The notes under the pieces are model-generated. The model was not told where the DNA came from. It saw only the letters and a list, made by a program, of their open reading frames with translations, and made no database searches. From Leptolyngbya sp. (GTDB lineage Bacteria; Cyanobacteriota; Cyanobacteriia; Phormidesmidales; Phormidesmidaceae), in assembly GCA_035285305.1 (NCBI GenBank), contig JAYKHF010000045.1, forward strand, positions 968 to 64,967: a stretch of DNA of 64,000 nucleotides, in the 5' to 3' direction. Within the stretch, counting starts at the first letter, position 1. Each line of letters starts with the position of its first letter. This document shows, piece after piece, positions 26,314 to 35,892 of the stretch. Made by a program: the position numbers and the translations under genes.

Positions 26314-28695
26314 ATGGAATTTTCGATCGCGGCATTATTAGCGAGTTTTGGTAAAGACAAAACCCTCACCCTGAAACATCTCGAGAAAAAACTGCACTGC
26401 ACCACCGACACCAGCCAGCGAGATTTGCAGATTGCCCTAGATGCCCTAGAGCGGATTGGGGTGGTGGTCAAGGAGCGGGGCAAGTATCGCCGCAACTCGG
26501 AAGACGGCGTGGTAGAAGGCAAACTGCGCTGCTCCAGTAAGGGCTTTTGCTTTGCCATCCAAGACGAGGAGGGGGCCGAGGATATCTATGTGCGCGAAAG
26601 CCACCTGAATACCGCCTGGAACGGTGACCGAGTGCTGGTGCGGGTGACGAAGGAAGGGGTAGGGCGGCGCAGCCCTGAAGGGGAAGTCCGGCTGATTTTA
26701 GAGCGGGCCAATGCCTCGGTGCTGGCTCGTGTGAAGCAGGAAGACAACGACTACCGGGCGGTGCCCCTCGATGATCGGCTGCTGTTTGAGTTGTCCCTAT
26801 TGGAGAACGGTAGCCCGCTCCAGGAGGCCGTTGATCAACTGGCCCATGTGGAAATTGTCCGCTATCCCCTCGGCCAAAACCTGCCCCAGGGCCGGGTGGC
26901 CCAAATTTTGGGTAGCGATGCCGAAGCCGCCTCGGATCTCGATATTGTCCACTGCAAGCACGACCTACCTCGCAGCTTTTCGGAGAAAGCCCTAGCGGAA
27001 GCCGAAGCGCTACCCACCAAGCTACGCAAGACCGATCTCACCAATCGCCTCGATCTGCGAGATCGGCTCACCCTCACCATTGATGGCCCCAATAGCGCCG
27101 TCATGGACGACGCCCTCACCCTAGGAAAAACCGAGGCAGGGCACTGGCAGCTAGGGGTCCACATTGCCGACATCAGCCACTACATTCCGGCCCATTCGGC
27201 CATTGACCAAGAGGCCGCTAGGCGGGGTACGTCGGTCTACCTTGGCGATACCGTCATTCCCATGCTGCCGCCCCCCCTATCAGGCAGTTTGGGTTCCTTG
27301 GAGGTGGGGAAAGATCGCCTCACCCTGTCGGTGTTGATCACCCTAGACGATACGGGGCATGTGCTGGAGTATGAAATTCGCCCCGCCGTGATCAACGTCA
27401 ACCACCACATCACCTACCAAGAGGCCCAGGCGGTGCTGGAGCGGGATAATCCCGATATACTCAGCAGCCTGGGGGTGGATGCAAAGATCCTAAAGAAACT
27501 GTCCCCGATTTACGACCTGCTAGACAACCTGCTCTACCTCAGCCAAGCGATCAAGCGCCAGCGGCTCCATCGTGGATCCTTCGAGCTCAATCTCCCGGAA
27601 TACGACTTTCCGGCGGACGCCGAGGAACCTCTGGCCCACTACCGTTCCCCCAAGTTCCAGTACGACGATGAGGGGCTGCTGGGGGTGATGGTGGTGTCGG
27701 CGGGGGTCTCCTCCCGACCGCTGGTGACGGAATGTATGCTGCTAGCGAACCAGTTGGTGGCTCAGCACTTGGTGGCCCTGGGGGTACCCGCCATCTATCG
27801 GCTGCACCGCGCCCCCGACCCCAGCGATGTGCAGGAACTCACCAAGCTGGCGGAGAATATGGACATCCGGCTGACGCTGGAAGTGGAAGACGCCCCCCAG
27901 CCCAAGGACTACCAACGGTTTGTGGAGCAGTTTGCCTCCTCTAGCGCCGAGAAAATTCTGACCTACCTGCTGCTAGAAACCATCCAGCCCGCCTTCTACA
28001 GCACCCATCCAACCCAGCATTTCGGCCTGGGTTTGGCCGATGGCTACACCCACTTCACCTCCCCCTCCCGCCGCTATGCCGATCTAGTGGTGCATCGCAT
28101 CCTCCATGCGGTGTTCGATTCGGGCCGCGATCGCCGCACCACCCGTTCCAAGGACGGGGTGGATTTGCACCATAGCGCCTGCCACGGCCAAATTAGCTGG
28201 AACGTGCTGCCCCCCGAACTTCAGCACGATCTCGAGGACGACCTGCCCCGCCTCGCCATCCACCTGACCGAGCGGGAACGGCTGGCCCAGGAGGCGGAAT
28301 CTGACCTGGAAGGGCTGAAAAAGGCGGAGTTCATGCGTTCCCACACCGGGGAAGTGTTCCATGGCTTGATTACGGGCGTCCAATCCTACGGCTTCTTTGT
28401 GGAAATTGAAGAACTGCTGGTGGAGGGCTTGGTGCATGTGAGTTCCCTCAAGGACGACTGGTACGAGTACCGCGCCCGTCAACAAAAGCTGGTGGGGCGC
28501 AAGAATCGCCAGCAATACCGCCTTGGCGACAAGGTGGATGTGCAGGTGAAGAGCGTCGATTACTACCGCCAGCAGATCGACCTCGTGGCCGTGGGTGGCG
28601 GTAGCCAGGTGCCCGACGACGAGGACAATCCCACCGACGACGAAGACACCGCCGAAGCGGTCAGCAACGATCTCAGTGCCGACGAGAGCGAATAG
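26314..28695 (+). CDS. Ribonuclease II/R family protein (cyanobacterial Zam-like)
   Basis: MEFSIA start, CSSKGFCFA cold-shock domain, GVHIAD, RGTSVY, HFTSP.RRY.DL, C-terminal S1 (GLITGVQSYGFFV). Confidence 0.9.
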   Translation: MEFSIAALLASFGKDKTLTLKHLEKKLHCTTDTSQRDLQIALDALERIGVVVKERGKYRRNSEDGVVEGKLRCSSKGFCFAIQDEEGAEDIYVRESHLNTAWNGDRVLVRVTKEGVGRRSPEGEVRLILERANASVLARVKQEDNDYRAVPLDDRLLFELSLLENGSPLQEAVDQLAHVEIVRYPLGQNLPQGRVAQILGSDAEAASDLDIVHCKHDLPRSFSEKALAEAEALPTKLRKTDLTNRLDLRDRLTLTIDGPNSAVMDDALTLGKTEAGHWQLGVHIADISHYIPAHSAIDQEAARRGTSVYLGDTVIPMLPPPLSGSLGSLEVGKDRLTLSVLITLDDTGHVLEYEIRPAVINVNHHITYQEAQAVLERDNPDILSSLGVDAKILKKLSPIYDLLDNLLYLSQAIKRQRLHRGSFELNLPEYDFPADAEEPLAHYRSPKFQYDDEGLLGVMVVSAGVSSRPLVTECMLLANQLVAQHLVALGVPAIYRLHRAPDPSDVQELTKLAENMDIRLTLEVEDAPQPKDYQRFVEQFASSSAEKILTYLLLETIQPAFYSTHPTQHFGLGLADGYTHFTSPSRRYADLVVHRILHAVFDSGRDRRTTRSKDGVDLHHSACHGQISWNVLPPELQHDLEDDLPRLAIHLTERERLAQEAESDLEGLKKAEFMRSHTGEVFHGLITGVQSYGFFVEIEELLVEGLVHVSSLKDDWYEYRARQQKLVGRKNRQQYRLGDKVDVQVKSVDYYRQQIDLVAVGGGSQVPDDEDNPTDDEDTAEAVSNDLSADESE

Positions 28696-28698
28696 GGC

Positions 28699-29364
28699 GT
28701 GACCATGCATTCCACGCCCCCGGCTCGACCGCTGATTGTCGGGATTACCGGGGCCTCTGGGCTCATCTATGCCGTCCGCACCCTCAAGCATGTCCTGGCG
28801 GCGGGGGGCGTGGTGGATGTGGTTGCCTCTAAGGCCTGTCAAATGGTGTGGCAGGCGGAGGAAGGTGTGGCCATGCCCCTCGATCCAGAACGACAGGCTC
28901 AGTTTTGGCGACAGCAGGCCGGAGTTGAGGCCACCGGCACCCTGCGCTGTCATCCCTGGGGGGACGTGGGGGCGTCCATCGCCAGTGGTTCCTTTCGGGC
29001 GGCGGGCATGGTGGTGATTCCGTGCAGCATGAGCACCGTGGCCCGACTGGCCGCAGGGATGAGTTCCGACCTGCTGGAGCGAGCCGCCGATGTGCAACTG
29101 AAGGAGGGCCGCAAGCTCGTGGTGGTTCCCCGTGAAACCCCCTTCAGCTTGATTCACCTGCGGAACCTGACTACCCTGGCCGAGGCGGGAGCCCGCATCG
29201 TCCCGGCTATCCCCGCCTGGTACCACCGCCCCCAACGCATCGAAGACTTGGTTGATTTTGTGGTTGCCCGTGCCCTAGATCAGCTTGATATCGACTGCGT
29301 ACCCCTCAACCGCTGGCAAGGCCACCTCCCCCACGAAACCGATCCAACCCCACCACCCAATTAA
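28699..29364 (+). CDS. ubiX: Flavin prenyltransferase UbiX
   Basis: VGITGASG, ASIASGSF, PCSMST, RAADV.LKE.R.LV..PRETP, PAWY..P. Confidence 0.95.
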   Translation: MTMHSTPPARPLIVGITGASGLIYAVRTLKHVLAAGGVVDVVASKACQMVWQAEEGVAMPLDPERQAQFWRQQAGVEATGTLRCHPWGDVGASIASGSFRAAGMVVIPCSMSTVARLAAGMSSDLLERAADVQLKEGRKLVVVPRETPFSLIHLRNLTTLAEAGARIVPAIPAWYHRPQRIEDLVDFVVARALDQLDIDCVPLNRWQGHLPHETDPTPPPN

Positions 29365-29373
29365 GTCTCTAAC

Positions 29374-29411
29374 GCCCCTCTCCTGGTGGGAGAGGGGTTG
29401 GGGGTGAGGGC
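29374..29411 (-). repeat. CCCTCACCC/CCCTCTCCC palindromic dispersed element (half copy)
   Basis: GCCCCTCTCC..GGGAGAGGGGTTGGGGGTGAGGGC; related copies at 44550, 50366, 52747 and 54818. Confidence 0.75.
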
Positions 29412-29534
29412 TCCGAGGCTCGTGGGAGAGAGGGTGAGGGCTCCGAGTCATCCATTTGGCCTAGGTTCTTGGCTGATTGCGGGTTTTCAGTCTCCGGTGG
29501 GATGCCTAAGCGTAGTCACCGAGGCAGGAAAACA

Positions 29535-31859
29535 ATGGCATCCATGGCAGGACTACTGGGCTGCGGCGCTTACGTCGTTGGGTTGTTTGTGGTGAGTTTG
29601 TGGGTGCGCCACGGTGGGCTGGGGCTGTGGGCTGGGGTAGGGCTGACGGCGGTGCTGCTGCTGGGCTTGGGAGGGCTGGCCGCGCTAACCCTCCCCCAGC
29701 GCTGGCGGCGGGGGCCGAGGGCCGGAGTTTGGCTAGGCTTGGGCGGTCTGGGCCTAGTGGCCGCCCTCAACTATGGTTGGCAATACCCCAGCCCTTCCAT
29801 TCTCGACATCAGCCATGTCCTGACCCAGGAGGCGGCTACGGGTACCCAACAGGAGGTGTGGGGTCGCCTGCTAGAAATGCCGAGGGAGAGCCGCAGCGGC
29901 AAGGGGCAGCTTTGGCTCCAGGTGCAGCAGACCCGGCGGGTAGACTCGGCGGGCCAGCCCCAGGGGCCAATGCTCACCACCGAGGGCAAGCTCTATGTCA
30001 CGGTGCCGATCCAGACTGCCCTCGGGCTGCATCCCGGCCAGGAGGTTCGCATTCGCGGCCAACTCTACGCCCCCTCCCGCGCCAAAAATCCCAATGCCTT
30101 CGACTTCCAGCAATACCTGGCCAGTCGCGGCGTGTATGCCGGGTTGAGTGGTCAGGCCGTCACCACCGAATCGGTCGGGGGTTGGGGGCTGTGGTCGTTG
30201 CGGCAGCGCATTGTGCAGGCCCAGGCCCAGGGGCTAGGGCCTGATCACGGTGCCCTGGTGAGTGCCATGGCCCTAGGCCGACGGGCCGTACAAGTTCCCT
30301 ATCCGATTCAGGATGCGTTTATCCAGGCCGGGTTAGCCCACACCCTAGCGGCCTCGGGTTTCCATGTGTCGCTGCTGTTGGGCCTGGTCATGGGAATCCT
30401 GCGGTGGCCTGCGATTCAGGTGCGTTTGGCTCAACCTGGACTCGCCCAACTGGGGATTGGCAGCGCCGTGCTGGTGGGCTATGTGCTGATGACCGGCGCA
30501 CAGCCCAGCGTCATGCGGGCCGCGTTGATGGGGCTGGGGGTGTTGGTGGGGCTCGCCTTGGAACGTCGCACCAAGCCCCTGGGCTGCTTGCTGCTGGCGG
30601 TGACGATCCTGCTCCTTTGGAACCCGATCTGGATTGACGATGTGGGCTTTCGCCTCAGCGTCATGGCGACCCTAGGGCTGATGGTGACTGTGCAACCGCT
30701 CACGGATCGCCTGGGGTGGTTGCCGCCCACCCTAGCCACCCTGCTGGCGGTGCCACTGGCTGCGTATTTTTGGACGATTCCCCTGGCGCTTTACTATTTC
30801 AATACCCTCACCACCTACAGCGTGGTGCTGAATATGGTGGTGACACCCCTGGTGATGGTGATCAGCCTAGGGGGAATGATCAGCGGCGTGGTGGCCCTCG
30901 CCATACCGCCCCTAGGGAGTGCCCTGGCGGCGGTGTTGTGGATCCCCACCAGCCTGTTGATGGCCCTTGTCCATTGGGAGATTGGCCTACCTGGGAGCAC
31001 CCTGGCGATGGGCCACATCGCTCTCTGGCAAATGCTTGGGCTATACGGGCTCTATGGCCTGGGCGGGTGGACAGGGCTAGGGCGGCGACGGCGGTGGCTG
31101 GTGGCGTTGCTGGTTTTGGTCACCGCCCTGGGGCCGCTGTGGTATCGGGGAGCCACCCTCACCCAGGCGGCGGTGCTGGCGGCGGGCAACGATGCGGTGA
31201 TGGTGGTTCAGGATCACCAGTCCACCCTCCTGATCAACAGCGGCACCCAAGCCACCACCTTCTACACCGTAGGGCCGTTTTTGCGCCAAGCGGGGATTAA
31301 TCATCTCACCCACGCCATCGCCGGACAGAGCAGCGACAGCGAAAACTGGCAAACCCTGATGGCCCAAGCGCCGATCCAACGCCTGTACCACACCCACCGT
31401 CTGCTCCGATTCCCCGCCGATCTACCCGCCTCCACCCATCTGGGGCTCAATGTTCCCCTCAGCCTCGGATCGCACCGGGTAGAATCCCTGTCCGATGGGG
31501 CCACCGCCCTACGGCTCACCCTGTTTAGCCAAACCTCCCCCCATCCGCAGACCTGGTTATTGCTCTCCCACCTGGATCAAGGGGGGCAACGGGAATTGAT
31601 GACTTCCCCCACCCCCCTAGCCAGTGATGTGCTGTGGTGGGATGGGCAACCCCTCCAGCCTGACCTGGTGGCCGCGATTCATCCCCAGGTCGCCATCGCC
31701 TCTAGCCGCCACCTTGACCCTGGGGTGGAAGCGGCCCTCCGACAGCAGGGCATCCAGGTTTGGTGTACCGAACGAGATGGAGCGGTGCTGTGGCACCCCC
31801 GCCAGGGCTACCAGGCCTATCTATCCACCAACCCCGCCACGGCCACCGCTTGGGACTAA
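29535..31859 (+). CDS. comEC: ComEC/Rec2 competence membrane protein
   Basis: NP..FDF..YL, AGLAH.LAASGFHV, PSV.RAA.MG, GF.LS..AT.GL, T..DGAV.W. Confidence 0.92.
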   Translation: MASMAGLLGCGAYVVGLFVVSLWVRHGGLGLWAGVGLTAVLLLGLGGLAALTLPQRWRRGPRAGVWLGLGGLGLVAALNYGWQYPSPSILDISHVLTQEAATGTQQEVWGRLLEMPRESRSGKGQLWLQVQQTRRVDSAGQPQGPMLTTEGKLYVTVPIQTALGLHPGQEVRIRGQLYAPSRAKNPNAFDFQQYLASRGVYAGLSGQAVTTESVGGWGLWSLRQRIVQAQAQGLGPDHGALVSAMALGRRAVQVPYPIQDAFIQAGLAHTLAASGFHVSLLLGLVMGILRWPAIQVRLAQPGLAQLGIGSAVLVGYVLMTGAQPSVMRAALMGLGVLVGLALERRTKPLGCLLLAVTILLLWNPIWIDDVGFRLSVMATLGLMVTVQPLTDRLGWLPPTLATLLAVPLAAYFWTIPLALYYFNTLTTYSVVLNMVVTPLVMVISLGGMISGVVALAIPPLGSALAAVLWIPTSLLMALVHWEIGLPGSTLAMGHIALWQMLGLYGLYGLGGWTGLGRRRRWLVALLVLVTALGPLWYRGATLTQAAVLAAGNDAVMVVQDHQSTLLINSGTQATTFYTVGPFLRQAGINHLTHAIAGQSSDSENWQTLMAQAPIQRLYHTHRLLRFPADLPASTHLGLNVPLSLGSHRVESLSDGATALRLTLFSQTSPHPQTWLLLSHLDQGGQRELMTSPTPLASDVLWWDGQPLQPDLVAAIHPQVAIASSRHLDPGVEAALRQQGIQVWCTERDGAVLWHPRQGYQAYLSTNPATATAWD

Positions 31860-31952
31860 GACCAGGGTCACATTGGGCCAACCCGATCACTATTCCCGCA
31901 TAGCGTCGGGGTGAGGAGCCCCCACCCCGACGACGCCTCTGCCCAGGATGGG

Positions 31953-33170
31953 CTAGGCATGGCTGTGATCGTGGTGGCTGTGATCGTGGTGGCTATGGTG
32001 ATGGCTGCCGTGGTCGTGGTGGCTGTGGCCATGGTGATGCCCATGGTGATGCCCATGGGCGATGGCTTGCGCGGCGGCAAGACTAGGATTAACGGCGAGG
32101 GCCTCCGCCTCTAGCAGATCGGCAATGGGCTGATCGGCCCAGGCCGCTGCCATGGCGAGAAATTCCGGCTGATCGTTCACGCAGGGCATTTGCACGTAGG
32201 TGACATCCGGGCGCTGACGGCGCAGAGCGCTGATGATGTGCTCCACATCCAGCAGCGTTTCATGGTTTTCGGTGGCAAAGCCGATGGGCATAAACACCAG
32301 GGCCGTGGCCCCCAGGTCGATCAGGTTCCGGGCGGCGAGGGTGGCGTTGGGCTGCGTCCATTTAATCAGGGGCGTGTCGTGGTTGAGCCAGCCCACGGAA
32401 ATGAGGGGATATTTTTGGATCAGCTTGTCGCGCACCCGGTCGTAGAGCTTTTGGCTTTCGTCGATGCCGGAGGTGAAGCCCTTGGCCTCATGGGGACAGC
32501 CGTGGTTCATCAGCACAATGCCCGTCTGGGAAGGCAGGTGGGCAACCGCCAGGTCTTTACGGATTTTGGTTTCAACGATGTGGGCCAGCAGGTCGATGTA
32601 TTCGGGGGCGTCAAAAAATGAGGGAATGTAGCGCATCCCCTTCACCCAGTGCTCGGTGCCGTCCGACAGGTGGGCCAGGGCGGCGTTCACTTGCTCCACG
32701 GCAATGCCGCTGGTAAAGATGGAGTCCACCACCAGCAGGGGATAGATCAACAGTTTGTCGTAGCCCTCTTGCTTCACCTGTTCTAGCACCTGCTCCGGCA
32801 GGAAGGGTTTGCAGAAGTTGAAGGCTTTGAACACCTTGACCCGATCCCCCCAGCGGCTTTTGAGTTGGGCCTCAATGCCCGCCCGCTGGGCTTCAAAAAT
32901 GGCGTTGTGGGGGGAAATAAAATTGCCGTGCTGGTGGCTCCATTCATGGAGGTCAAAGGCGGCTAACAGCTTGGCCAGGGGGGGATACACCCAGGTGGGC
33001 ACCGGGGCAAATTTGGCCGTTAACAGGTTCAGGGCTTGCTCGTTGTAGTTGGCAAAGTCGTCGTAGCTTTCCACTTCGCCATAGCCCATCAGCAGCACCG
33101 CCACCCGGCTCTCACCGGAGGCCGCTGCGGCGGTGTCTACGCTTTGGATAACATCGGGAGTTGCAACCAT
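31953..33170 (-). CDS. Divergent ferrochelatase-family (class II chelatase) protein with His-rich C-terminal tail
   Basis: Chelatase motifs in variant form (VLLMGYG, ISPH, YPL..S..TSG, LMNHGCP, W..P, PIGFATENHETL); tail has 21 His in 34 aa; no CAB domain. Confidence 0.8.
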   Translation of the reverse strand: MVATPDVIQSVDTAAAASGESRVAVLLMGYGEVESYDDFANYNEQALNLLTAKFAPVPTWVYPPLAKLLAAFDLHEWSHQHGNFISPHNAIFEAQRAGIEAQLKSRWGDRVKVFKAFNFCKPFLPEQVLEQVKQEGYDKLLIYPLLVVDSIFTSGIAVEQVNAALAHLSDGTEHWVKGMRYIPSFFDAPEYIDLLAHIVETKIRKDLAVAHLPSQTGIVLMNHGCPHEAKGFTSGIDESQKLYDRVRDKLIQKYPLISVGWLNHDTPLIKWTQPNATLAARNLIDLGATALVFMPIGFATENHETLLDVEHIISALRRQRPDVTYVQMPCVNDQPEFLAMAAAWADQPIADLLEAEALAVNPSLAAAQAIAHGHHHGHHHGHSHHDHGSHHHSHHDHSHHDHSHA

Positions 33171-33260
33171 ACCGTTGGCCCTGTTAGGAGATTTTCCCCT
33201 ACAGGCTAGCATCCCCCCCATGGGGATAATGTTAATAGATTCTGCATGTTACGGCGGCCT

Positions 33261-35423
33261 CTAGCCCCCTTGTAGGCGGCTTTGGAGGATGTGATCCTGG
33301 AGGATGCGCCCGCGCAGGAGCGGCCCAATGGGTGGCCCGCTGGGTCGGGGGGCGGTGCTGGCAAAGGCCCGTTGCAATCCGGCCATACGGTGCTCCCGGC
33401 GTTCGGTGGGGGCGGGCATCCACAGGGATTCGTAGAAGAAGAAGGACATCCCCGAGAGGCGGCGATCCCGAACGGCTTTAATTTGGTCGCCGATGTGATC
33501 CATGGCGACGGGGGCCGCCCGCAGTCCGCTCAGAATCCCCACGTTGGTGGGAACCTTGCGCATGGCCGATTGTAGGTAGGGCTTGTTGATTTCCCAGATG
33601 AAGCGATTTTGGTCGCTGCGGTAGATCTGCACGATCAGTTCATCCACAATGCCCCGATTCACCCAGGTGGGCCAGTCTTGCAGATAATTGGCGTAGGCGA
33701 AGGGGTGGGGGTTAGGGGAAATGGAAATCACCGCATTGGGCCGACGGGTTTTCACCATTTGGTAAACCTCCGCCAAAAAGTCGGAGATTTTGTTGGCCCG
33801 CCACGCCATCCATTCCGGGTCTTGGGCGTTGATGGGAGGTTCCTGGCCGTTGTGCTCGGCTTTATAGAGGTTGACGGTGTAGGCATCGTAGCCAAATTCC
33901 ACGGGCAGGCCCAGGTGGTCGTCAAACTGGAAGCCGTCTACGTCGTAGTTACTCACCAGTTCATCGATGAGCTGCAACAGGAAACGCCGCGCCTGGGGAT
34001 GGAAGGGGCTGAGCCAGCGCCGGGGCAGGCGGCCTCCCTCTAGCCAAATGCCGGGGTCAGCCAGGACTTCCGGCGAAAGGCCGTTGCCGGGATCATCCTG
34101 TTTGACTGGGCTCAGATCTCGACCGAGAGCCTGCATTTTTTGCCGACTGGCTTCCTCGGTGGTGGTCAGGGCACGGATTTTTGACACCCCGACGGTTGCC
34201 CCTGGCTTGGCTTGGGATTTGTCGGCTTCGGCATCTTCGGACGGTGGATCCACCCGTTTGTGGGTGAACCAGTCGGGGTGGCGGCGGTAGAGATCGTAGG
34301 GTTCGGGGGTCATAAAGCCAAACTCGAACCAGGGAATCACCGCCATGCCCTTGGCGTGGCCGAGATCCACCGCCTCCTGCATCATGTCCCGAGCCCCGGC
34401 CACCGCACCCCGTTGAGGAGCCCGTAGATCGGCATAGAGGTGCTGGCTAACGCCCAGTTCGCGCTCGGCGGTGCGGCTGGGGTAGAGGGTGTAGCCCCAG
34501 TTCCACACGGCGGGGTAGAGGGTGTTGAAGTTCAACTCGGCCAGTTGGTTGACCCCAGCGGTGAGGGCCTCCGTGGAAAACAACACCTGACTGTCGATGT
34601 TGGTGAGCCACACGCCCCGGGTTTCCGCCAGGGGTACGGGCACCGTGTCGGGGGGCGTTACCATGGGCACCCAGGCCGGATCAATCCACTGCCGCAGGGA
34701 CAGGTTCGGGTCGGCCCGACAGATCAGTGCCGCCGCCTCGCCCCGGGTGAGCCGCTGGGTGGGATGAATGCGGTTGGCATCGGGGTAGTTCACGATCATC
34801 GCCTGGGCCAAGGCCGCCGCTACCCCCTCCCGCGCATAGGCAGGCACCTGACGCCCATCGACCAAGCCCTGGTTTAACCAGGTATTCGCCACAATTTGAT
34901 AATTGGATCCCAGCTTTGCCGCCAGGGCCATAATGCCCTCCGCCCGCACCAGGGGCCGATCCGGCTGGTAATACTGGCTGGGGTAGTGGGAGGCCACCGT
35001 GGGGGCCGTAGTTAAGCCGAGGGCCTGTTCGAGGGGATTCGCCCAGCTTCCGGCTTGCCCCGGTGGAATCAGGCGGTTCAGCATCGCCACATAGTCGCCC
35101 CACAGAATGGAATCGTCGGGATAGAACCGGGCGCTGGCGTCGGCGGTGATGATCTGTGCCTGGGCCAGGGCGGTAAGGCAGTCCTTCGCCCAGTGCTGAC
35201 GAATATCGATGGGAATCACCGCAGGCGGTGGCAGCAGAGGATTAGGGTCTTCTGTCGGCAATGCCTGGGCCAGGGCAGATCCAGAGGACATCCCCCCATT
35301 CGGAGGTTGCGTCGCCGCCCACAGCGGGAGCCCACTGTGCAAACCCATTACCATCACCCAGGCCATCACAAAACAGCCCAGCCGTCCTAGCCATTTCCGC
35401 TGCCCCATCCATCCCATCCCCAT
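33261..35423 (-). CDS. SLH-domain + GHL10 (DUF187) glycoside hydrolase-like protein
   Basis: DIRQHWA / TRGEAAA SLH motifs; RGVWLTN.D, WN.G.T.YPS, PWFEFG, YDVDG.QFDDH, QDW. Confidence 0.85.
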   Translation of the reverse strand: MGMGWMGQRKWLGRLGCFVMAWVMVMGLHSGLPLWAATQPPNGGMSSGSALAQALPTEDPNPLLPPPAVIPIDIRQHWAKDCLTALAQAQIITADASARFYPDDSILWGDYVAMLNRLIPPGQAGSWANPLEQALGLTTAPTVASHYPSQYYQPDRPLVRAEGIMALAAKLGSNYQIVANTWLNQGLVDGRQVPAYAREGVAAALAQAMIVNYPDANRIHPTQRLTRGEAAALICRADPNLSLRQWIDPAWVPMVTPPDTVPVPLAETRGVWLTNIDSQVLFSTEALTAGVNQLAELNFNTLYPAVWNWGYTLYPSRTAERELGVSQHLYADLRAPQRGAVAGARDMMQEAVDLGHAKGMAVIPWFEFGFMTPEPYDLYRRHPDWFTHKRVDPPSEDAEADKSQAKPGATVGVSKIRALTTTEEASRQKMQALGRDLSPVKQDDPGNGLSPEVLADPGIWLEGGRLPRRWLSPFHPQARRFLLQLIDELVSNYDVDGFQFDDHLGLPVEFGYDAYTVNLYKAEHNGQEPPINAQDPEWMAWRANKISDFLAEVYQMVKTRRPNAVISISPNPHPFAYANYLQDWPTWVNRGIVDELIVQIYRSDQNRFIWEINKPYLQSAMRKVPTNVGILSGLRAAPVAMDHIGDQIKAVRDRRLSGMSFFFYESLWMPAPTERREHRMAGLQRAFASTAPRPSGPPIGPLLRGRILQDHILQSRLQGG

Positions 35424-35450
35424 CGGTACCTCTGAATATCCTGCCCCAGA

Positions 35451-35795
35451 CTATCCGCCGCTACGTTTTACCTGATAGCCCTTGGCGGCGAGAAGTTCCA
35501 TCAGCTTTTGGGCGTGGTCGCCCTGAATTTCAATACTGTTGTCCTTGGCCGTGCCGCCGGTGCCGCACTGGGCCTTGAGTTGTTTGGCCAGGGTGGCCAG
35601 GGTGGTGGCGGTATGTTCAAAGCCGCTGATGATCGTGACGGTTTTGCCGCCTCGCCCCTTGCGGCTCACCTCCACCTTGAGTTTTTGCTGATTCGGAGGT
35701 CGATCGGGTACCGCCCTCGCCAGCGGGTCGGCGGGGCCAAATTCTCGATACACCGCCCGATCTCCGCCCTCGCCGGACGCCTTGCGTTTGCCCAT
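35451..35795 (-). CDS. yciH: SUI1/YciH translation initiation factor homologue
   Basis: RKGRGGK.VT.I.G, LK..CG.GG..K...IEIQGDH. Confidence 0.9.
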   Translation of the reverse strand: MGKRKASGEGGDRAVYREFGPADPLARAVPDRPPNQQKLKVEVSRKGRGGKTVTIISGFEHTATTLATLAKQLKAQCGTGGTAKDNSIEIQGDHAQKLMELLAAKGYQVKRSGG

Positions 35796-35892
35796 CGTGA
35801 TTGCCCTAGACTGATCGATTTATATCACGCCTTATATCACGCCCGGTTATCTCCCTAGGCGGGCGACGAATACAATACCGTTCACCCTGGGG

